Below, piece after piece: positions 57,929 through 64,000 of a DNA stretch of 64,000 nucleotides; the first letter of the stretch is position 1, and every line of letters starts with the position of its first letter. The notes under the pieces were generated by a model, which made no database searches, had not been told where the DNA came from, and saw only the letters and a list, made by a program, of their open reading frames with translations. The stretch comes from Candidatus Polarisedimenticolia bacterium (GTDB lineage: Bacteria; Acidobacteriota; Polarisedimenticolia; Gp22-AA2). The DNA lies in contig DASYQE010000381.1 of assembly GCA_036005805.1 (NCBI GenBank), positions 674-64,673 of the forward strand. The letters are read 5' to 3'. The position numbers and the translations under genes were made by a program.

Positions 57929-58677
57929 CAGGGCGCTCCGACCGAGGGCGCCGTCAGGCCGCCCGGTCCCGGTGGCGTCGCGCCGCGCGCCGGCTCGCCG
58001 GGAGTCACGAGCCCGCCGCTGACGATGAGCTTCACGCCCTCTTCGATCGACATGTCGAGCGGCACCACCTGGGCGTTCGGCACGACCGCGAGCCACCCTG
58101 AAGTCGGGTTCGGCGACGTCGGCAGGAAGACCAGCGACACGTCGCGCAGCGGCGGCTCCCCTTCCCGCGCCATCTGCGTGTCGCTCCGGGTCAGGAAGCC
58201 GATGGTGTAGACGCCGGGACGCGGGTACTCGACCGCCACCACGCGCCGGAAGGCGGCGTTGGTGCTGCTGAAGGCGTCGATGAGCTGGCGCGCCGAGCCA
58301 TAGATCCCCTTCACCACCGGCAGCCGCAGCACCAGGCGCTCGAACCCTTCCACCACCTTGCGGCCGACGAAGTTGCTGGCGAACGCCCCGACGGCGAGGA
58401 TGAGCCCGATGGTGAGCAGCACGCCGAGGATGGGCACCACCCAGGCGACGATGACAGGGTCATGCCCGAAGCCCGGCCACGCCACCCTGAGGATGGCGAG
58501 CAGCACCGGCGAGGAGACCCCCTCGACGAGGCGCACGAGCACGGCGAGGAGCCACACGGTGATCATCATCGGCAGCACCAGGATGAGGCCGGTGAAGAAC
58601 CACTGCCGCAGCCGGGCGAAGCCGCGCGGCCGCGGTCGATCAGCCGGCACGCGATCCCTCGCGGCCGTCCACGACAC
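57928..58677 (-). CDS. DUF502-family membrane protein (start uncertain)
   Basis: Two TM helices, then a conserved ...VKGIYGSARQLIDAF... block. Confidence 0.55.
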   Translation of the reverse strand: MSWTAARDRVPADRPRPRGFARLRQWFFTGLILVLPMMITVWLLAVLVRLVEGVSSPVLLAILRVAWPGFGHDPVIVAWVVPILGVLLTIGLILAVGAFASNFVGRKVVEGFERLVLRLPVVKGIYGSARQLIDAFSSTNAAFRRVVAVEYPRPGVYTIGFLTRSDTQMAREGEPPLRDVSLVFLPTSPNPTSGWLAVVPNAQVVPLDMSIEEGVKLIVSGGLVTPGEPARGATPPGPGGLTAPSVGAP

Positions 58678-59227
58678 CGAGCCGGCGCGAGAACCTCAGG
58701 AAGTAGTCGGTCGCCGACAGGACCGCGACCGCGACGACCACCCAGATGGCCACGTCGCCCGCCAGGTCCCACTGTCCCAGGTACCGGTTGCCGAACATCA
58801 GGAGGACGATCGCCACGATCTGGCTGATCATCTTGTACTTCCCCCAGACGCTCGCGCCGATCGTCACGCCCTGGGACGAGGCGATCATGCGCAGGCCGTC
58901 CACGGCGAACTCCCGCCCGAGAATGATCCAGACCATCCACGCCTTGGCGGCTCCGATCTCCACCAGCGACACGAAGGCGGCGGAGGTCAGGAGCTTGTCG
59001 GCGATCGGGTCGAGCAGGATGCCGAGGGTCGTCACCTGGTTGCGGCGCCGCGCCAGCCAGCCGTCGAGCCAGTCGGTGAGCGAGGCCAGCAGGAACACGC
59101 AGACGCCGATGATCTGCCAGGAGACGTTGAGATGCTCGAGGGCCGTGGTACGGGTCATCAGGACCACGACCAGGACCGGGGTCAGGAAGATGCGGCCGAT
59201 GGTGATCCAGGTCGGAAGGTTGATCAT
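58640..59227 (-). CDS. pgsA: CDP-diacylglycerol--glycerol-3-phosphate 3-phosphatidyltransferase
   Basis: CDP-alcohol phosphatidyltransferase motif D-x2-D-G-x2-A-R...G-x3-D-x3-D (DWLDGWLARR...GILLDPIADK). Confidence 0.8.
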   Translation of the reverse strand: MINLPTWITIGRIFLTPVLVVVLMTRTTALEHLNVSWQIIGVCVFLLASLTDWLDGWLARRRNQVTTLGILLDPIADKLLTSAAFVSLVEIGAAKAWMVWIILGREFAVDGLRMIASSQGVTIGASVWGKYKMISQIVAIVLLMFGNRYLGQWDLAGDVAIWVVVAVAVLSATDYFLRFSRRLGVVDGREGSRAG

Positions 59228-59335
59228 CCCTCGGCAAATGAGAAGGGCGGCTGCGGCAGGGCGCGTCGCTTCGGTAGAATGCGCCGCCGGATCGCGACGG
59301 CGCGGAACATAGCACACGCCCCCGGGGGGATCAAC

Positions 59336-60760
59336 GTGCCGATTCGTTTCGGAACCGACGGCTGGCGCGGCATCATCGCCGAGGAGTTCACCTTCGACGG
59401 CGTGCGCCGCGTGACGCAGGCGGTCGCGGACCTGATTCACGAGGAAGGCGGGACCGCATCACCGGTCCCGGTGGGCCACGATGTCCGCTTCCTGAGCCGG
59501 CCGTTCGCCGAGTGCGCCGCGGCGGTGCTCGAAGGCAACGGCCTGACGGCGCTCCTGCCCGAGACGGCGACGACGACGCCGATGGTCTCCTGCCAGGTGG
59601 TGGCTTCGGCCGCCCCGCTGGGGATCGCCATCACCGCCAGCCACAACCCGCCGGAGTGGAACGGCTTCAAGCTCAAGGCGCCCTTCGGCGGCAGCGCGCC
59701 GCCCGAGATGACCGAGCGCGTCGAGGCGCTGCTCGACCGGCGCGCCCCGCGCGTCGGCCGCACGCCCGTGCGCCGGCACCCGTTCCTCCCCTCCTACGTG
59801 CCGCGGCTGGTGTCGGTGGTCGATCTGCCGGCGATTCGCCGCGCCCCGCTGCGCATCGTCGTGGACAGCATGCACGGGGCCGGCGGCCGCATCCTCGAGG
59901 ACCTGGCGCGCGGCGGGCGCACGCGGGTGCGCACCATCCGGGGGGACGCGGACATCCTGTTCGGCGGGGCCGCGCCGGAGCCGCGTCCGGAGAACCTCGC
60001 TCTGCTGCGCCGCACCGTCGTGGCGCAGCGGGCCCACCTCGGGCTCGCCCTCGACGGGGACGGCGACCGCCTCGGGGTGATCGACGAGCGCGGGCGCGAT
60101 GTCCCCGCGCTCCAGACCTTCGCGCTGCTGGCCCTGCACCTGTTGCGCACCAAGGGCTGGCGCGGCGGCATCGCCCGCACCTTCGCGAACACGCTGCTCG
60201 CCGAGCGCATCGCGAAGGCGCACGGCGTGGCGTTCCACGACCTGCCGATCGGCTTCAAGCACATCGCGCGGCTGATGCTCGAGGACGACATCCTCATCGG
60301 GGGCGAGGAGAGCGGCGGCATCGGCGTCAAGCGCTTCCTGCCGGAGCGGGACGGCATCCTCATCGGGCTGCTGATGGCGGAGGTGCTGGCGACCGGCGAG
60401 CGGCGCCTGAGCCGCCGCATCGCGGCGATGCAGGCGGAGTTCGGCGCGTACGAATACCAGCGTGTCGATCTGCACCTGCCGCCCGGGGCGGGGCGGCGCG
60501 CCGTCGAGACTCTGCAGGCCGATCCGCCGGTGCGTCTCGGGGGCTTGAAGGTCGCGGGACGGGACAACCTCGACGGCGCCAAGCTCCTGTTCGGCGACGC
60601 CGGCTGGATCCTCTTCCGCGCTTCGGGAACCGAGCCGGTCCTGCGCGTCTACTGCGAGGCGTCCACGCAAGCGCTCGTCCGGCGGCTGCTGCGCGCCGGA
60701 GTCGGACTCGTCCGCCGTCTCTCCGGCGGATCCGTCACCGGGCGCCGCGCCGACCCCTGA
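59336..60760 (+). CDS. phosphoglucomutase/phosphomannomutase family (alpha-D-phosphohexomutase)
   Basis: GTDGWRG, TASHNP (phosphoserine loop), DGDGDR, GEESGG. GTG start with a GGGGGGA SD; the long upstream part of track ORF 58358..60760 is spurious. Confidence 0.8.
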   Translation: MPIRFGTDGWRGIIAEEFTFDGVRRVTQAVADLIHEEGGTASPVPVGHDVRFLSRPFAECAAAVLEGNGLTALLPETATTTPMVSCQVVASAAPLGIAITASHNPPEWNGFKLKAPFGGSAPPEMTERVEALLDRRAPRVGRTPVRRHPFLPSYVPRLVSVVDLPAIRRAPLRIVVDSMHGAGGRILEDLARGGRTRVRTIRGDADILFGGAAPEPRPENLALLRRTVVAQRAHLGLALDGDGDRLGVIDERGRDVPALQTFALLALHLLRTKGWRGGIARTFANTLLAERIAKAHGVAFHDLPIGFKHIARLMLEDDILIGGEESGGIGVKRFLPERDGILIGLLMAEVLATGERRLSRRIAAMQAEFGAYEYQRVDLHLPPGAGRRAVETLQADPPVRLGGLKVAGRDNLDGAKLLFGDAGWILFRASGTEPVLRVYCEASTQALVRRLLRAGVGLVRRLSGGSVTGRRADP

Positions 60761-60776
60761 CCGGCGCGTCGGCCCT

Positions 60777-62855
60777 TTACTGCGTGCCGCGGGTGCGCGA
60801 ATAGATTTCCAGCAGCCCGCCGACGGTTGCGACGTTCGCCACCACGAACAGCACGAGCAGCAGGATGGCGCCGCCGGCGGCGGCGCGTCGCGCCCACGGA
60901 CGGTCGCTCAGCAGGCGGGGCACGAACGGCAGCAGCACCGCCGCGGCGAGCAGGTACAGGATCGGACGCGACTGCCCCACCGCCTCGGGCAAGGCGTAGA
61001 GCACCGCCGACACGACGGCGGTGAGCGCGAAGGGGAAGGTGCGCAGGAGATCCCCGTGTTCCAGCATCTCCTCCAGGTACAGGCCGGCGGCCAGGCACAG
61101 GAACGGATACAGCGGCACGCGGTACCAGCCGTACACGACGCGGTGATCGGCGGTCAGCGCGAGGAGCGTGGCATAGACGGCGACCGGCAGGACGATCAGC
61201 GTCAGCCGCGAGGGGCGGCCCCGCCCTTCGCCGGCAGGGGAAGGCACACCCTCGTCTTCGCGGCCGCGGAAGGCGGCAATGGCGAACGCCACCCAGAGCC
61301 ACAGGTAGGTGCCGCCGCCGAACCACTTCACCACCGCCTTGCCTCCCAGGAGGTCATGAAACGACTCGGCCGAGACCCACTTCGACGACCCCTGCCCCTG
61401 CATGACCCTGAGGAAGATGCCAAAGTCGTAGGCCGCCGCATAGAACAGGTAGAGGACCAGCCCCGCCGCGGCGATGCCGCAGGCGACGAGCGCGTCGCGC
61501 CGGCGCCGCTGCGCCAGAAGCGTCAGCGCCGCCACGGCGACGACGGCGACCCCGGTCGCCTTGGTCCAGATGGACAAGGCCCCGATGAGGCCGGCCGCGA
61601 CGGCTCCGCGCCTCTCCCCTCCCGGCCGACCGGGCCGCACCGCCAGGAGCGCCCCCATGAAGAACAGCGCCAGGAGACTCTCCGCCTTCACCAGCCTCTG
61701 TCCCAGGATCAAGACCGGCGTCGTGGCGTAGACGAGCGCCGCCAGCAGGGTCGTCGCTTCCGAAAACCCGTACGCGCGCGCCAGCCGGGAGAGCAGCAGC
61801 AGCCCCGCGAGGCTCAGGAGAATAGGCACCAGGCGCATCACCGGCAGGGTGCACTCGAGGAAGGAGCGCGCCCCGGCGAGCGAGCAGAGGATGCCCACCG
61901 GGATCGAGAACAGCGGCGGGTGATCGAAGTACGGCCGCACCACGATGTAGCGATCGCCGAACCAGCGGAAATCGTGCGCCTGGTCGGGCGGGTAGGCATC
62001 CGGGAAGGTGGTCCACGCGGCCGGCTGGAGCTGGTGCAGGAGGTGCCAGCCTTCCCACGCGTGCTGGTACTCGTCGGCCGTCTCGTGGTGGAACGGCACG
62101 AAGGCGTAGTCGTGGAACCGCAGCAGGGCGGCGAGCAGGACGATCGCCCCGAGGGCGAGACGCGGCCGCTCCGCGATGATGCCCTCGCGCAGGCGGCCGG
62201 CGAACGACTGCGGCGCCGTCCGGCCGCGGCGCCACAGGACCGCCGCCGCGAAAAGCGCGACACCCAGCAACCCCCAGCCGATCGAGCGGCTGCCGCGCGC
62301 CGCCGCATAGGCATCGCTGTCGGGAGCGAGGAAGCCCTCGGGAATCGGCTGCAGCCGCCGTCCCGGAGGCTGCCAGGACAGGACCAGGCGCGCCTCGCCC
62401 GAGTCGAGCCGGTAGTCCACGGCGATCGGATGGAAGCCCGCCGACAGCGGCCGGTCGGTGGTGGCGTCCGGACGAACCTCGATCGGCGCCCCGTCGATGG
62501 AGAGCGCCGCGGATCCCTGCGCGTCCACGGAGAAGCCGTAAGTCCCCGCCTCCGGGACGGCGAGCACGCCGCGCCAGTGGATGACGTACGGCGGCATCTG
62601 CGACGGGAAGCCGAACGCCTGGTAGTTCCAGTGGAAGATGTAGGCCGCGTCGAGGCGCTGCGGAACCGGGAAATCGAGGCGCGGATCGACGCGGCGGCTC
62701 ACCTCGACTTCGCGCCCGTCGGCCCCGGCGATGGCGTAGACGCCCGAGAGTCCCCCGCCGCCGCGCAGCAGCGACCCGGCGAGCAGCAGGATGGCGGCGG
62801 CGACGGCGGCCGCCCCCCAGGCGAGCCGCCCGGGAGCCCGGCTCCTGAGACTCAC
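60777..62855 (-). CDS. PA14-domain + GT-C fold (GT39/GT83-like, ArnT/PMT-type) membrane glycosyltransferase fusion
   Basis: N-terminal signal anchor, a PA14-like beta-sandwich (YIFHWNYQAFG...GTYGFSVDAQGSAALSIDG), then about 11 TM helices. GTG start overlapping the add stop (GTGA). Confidence 0.6.
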   Translation of the reverse strand: MSLRSRAPGRLAWGAAAVAAAILLLAGSLLRGGGGLSGVYAIAGADGREVEVSRRVDPRLDFPVPQRLDAAYIFHWNYQAFGFPSQMPPYVIHWRGVLAVPEAGTYGFSVDAQGSAALSIDGAPIEVRPDATTDRPLSAGFHPIAVDYRLDSGEARLVLSWQPPGRRLQPIPEGFLAPDSDAYAAARGSRSIGWGLLGVALFAAAVLWRRGRTAPQSFAGRLREGIIAERPRLALGAIVLLAALLRFHDYAFVPFHHETADEYQHAWEGWHLLHQLQPAAWTTFPDAYPPDQAHDFRWFGDRYIVVRPYFDHPPLFSIPVGILCSLAGARSFLECTLPVMRLVPILLSLAGLLLLSRLARAYGFSEATTLLAALVYATTPVLILGQRLVKAESLLALFFMGALLAVRPGRPGGERRGAVAAGLIGALSIWTKATGVAVVAVAALTLLAQRRRRDALVACGIAAAGLVLYLFYAAAYDFGIFLRVMQGQGSSKWVSAESFHDLLGGKAVVKWFGGGTYLWLWVAFAIAAFRGREDEGVPSPAGEGRGRPSRLTLIVLPVAVYATLLALTADHRVVYGWYRVPLYPFLCLAAGLYLEEMLEHGDLLRTFPFALTAVVSAVLYALPEAVGQSRPILYLLAAAVLLPFVPRLLSDRPWARRAAAGGAILLLVLFVVANVATVGGLLEIYSRTRGTQ

Positions 62856-63904
62856 GAAGTGTGGCGCTCCGCGGACCGGTCGAACTCGGACAGCAGGATC
62901 TTCTTCTCTTCGTCCTTCAGGAAGGTCGCCTCGATGGTGTTCCGGCCGGCGCGCAGCACCTCCTCGACGGTGAGGCCGAGCTTCCGATGCAGCGCCTCCC
63001 ACTCGGCGAGAAGCGTGGTCCCGAACATCGCCGGGTCGTCGCTCCCCACGGTGACGAAGACGCCGGCCCGGACGAGCGCCGGGATGGGGTGCGCCTCCCA
63101 GTCCGCCACGATGCCGGTGGCGATGTTGCTCGTCGGGCAGCATTCGAGCGGAACGCGCTGGTCCGCCAGCAGGCCGACGAGTGTTGCGTCCTCGACCGCG
63201 CGGACGCCGTGCCCGATCCTATCGACTTGGAGGGTCTCGATCGCCTCCCAGACCGACGCGGGTCCGGAGAACTCCCCGGCGTGGGCCGTGGTCCGCAACC
63301 CCAGCCGGCGCGCCTCACGGTAGGCCATGGCGAAATCCTTCGCCTTCCATGACGATTCGTCGCCGCCGATGCCGACGCCGACGACGCCGCGCGACAGGAA
63401 CGCCGCGGCGTGCTCGACCAGCGGCTCGAACGCCGCCGGTCCCCACTGCCGCACGCTGTCGAGGATCCACTGCAGGCGCGGTCCCCCGTTCTTCGCGGCG
63501 GCCGCTCCCGCGGCGGTGACCGCGTCGAGGATTTCTTTCGGCGGGATGCCCCGCCGCACGAAGATCCCCGGCGAGCACATCACCTCCGCGTAGCGCACGC
63601 GCTGCGCGCCGAGGCGCTGCGACAAGCCGGTGGTGGCGAGCGCCAGGTCCTCGGGGTCGGAGATCTCCTCGCACAACGTCGCGAAATGCTTCAGGAACCC
63701 GATGAACCCGTCGTGCCGGTAGAGGGCCTCGAGGCGCCGCCGCTCTCCCTCGCCGGTCGGCTTCCTGCGGCGCGCGCGGATCGCCACGAGCGTGTCGAGG
63801 TCGATCGCCCCTTCGAGGTGGAGATGGATCTCCGCCTTGGGCATCTCCGCGAAGGGGGGAGGAGGCGCGTCCATGGGGTGGATTATAGGGGCCCGCCGTT
63901 GCAC
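62852..63904 (-). CDS. add: adenosine deaminase
   Basis: EIHLHLEG, TAHAGE, SDDPAMFG metal-site motifs. Confidence 0.85.
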   Translation of the reverse strand: MQRRAPIIHPMDAPPPPFAEMPKAEIHLHLEGAIDLDTLVAIRARRRKPTGEGERRRLEALYRHDGFIGFLKHFATLCEEISDPEDLALATTGLSQRLGAQRVRYAEVMCSPGIFVRRGIPPKEILDAVTAAGAAAAKNGGPRLQWILDSVRQWGPAAFEPLVEHAAAFLSRGVVGVGIGGDESSWKAKDFAMAYREARRLGLRTTAHAGEFSGPASVWEAIETLQVDRIGHGVRAVEDATLVGLLADQRVPLECCPTSNIATGIVADWEAHPIPALVRAGVFVTVGSDDPAMFGTTLLAEWEALHRKLGLTVEEVLRAGRNTIEATFLKDEEKKILLSEFDRSAERHTS

Positions 63905-64000
63905 CGGGATCGGTCCCGATCGGGGCCTAGTGCGCGGGCTGCTCGGCGACGGTCTCGGGGGGCGCGTCCGCTTCGGATGTCGGCGGGAGGTACGGATCGC

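Noticed and set aside
58358-59335. N-terminal 325 aa of the 800-aa plus-strand ORF upstream of the phosphohexomutase
   Set aside because: It is low-complexity and overlaps minus-strand pgsA/DUF502, which carry clear motifs. The mutase domain starts at GTDGWRG, so the start was set at the GTG at 59336.

Overview
High-GC (~68-70%) bacterial chromosomal window, probably from a Gram-negative TPR-rich lineage (Myxococcota/Acidobacteriota-like; inference only). From 1 to 34.3 kb almost everything is on the minus strand. The one exception is an O-methyltransferase wedged between uvrC and uvrB. The 43.9-63.9 kb stretch is a conserved housekeeping run: rnhB-rplS-trmD-rimM-KH-rpsP-ffh, ribBA-ribE-ribD, ftsY, PHP phosphatase-gpsA-plsY-thpR, cinA-plsC-DUF502-pgsA, and add. 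In between are mrcA (PBP1A) and an ald / ALDH7-like pair.

The interesting part is the accessory block at 5-20 kb. It is co-directional on the minus strand and reads, from upstream to downstream:
- HprK-related kinase, then a discrete PqqD-like RRE, then a radical SAM/SPASM enzyme (an "HPr-rel-A"-like, uncharacterized system)
- a giant secreted C25 (gingipain-like) peptidase
- an ECF sigma factor
- a secreted protein with thrombospondin type-3 repeats
- an FG-GAP beta-propeller protein
- a ZAS anti-sigma factor
- an operon of two secreted Cys/Gly-rich proteins
- at the far end, an unannotated 39-aa ORF (5088..5207) with a strong SD, its own intrinsic terminator, and a leader/core that looks like a ranthipeptide-type RiPP precursor (MKKSYEKPAI... 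with a C-x3-D motif).

A second HprK-related kinase paralog lies at 32.1-34.3 kb. It is translationally coupled to an N-terminally extended methyltransferase and sits upstream of two tandem paralogous beta-helix-like secreted proteins.

Many very long ORFs in the six-frame track are spurious alternative frames caused by GC bias. Gene boundaries were re-derived from protein family knowledge and are accurate to about +/-1-3 nt. No rRNA, tRNA or CRISPR was recognized.
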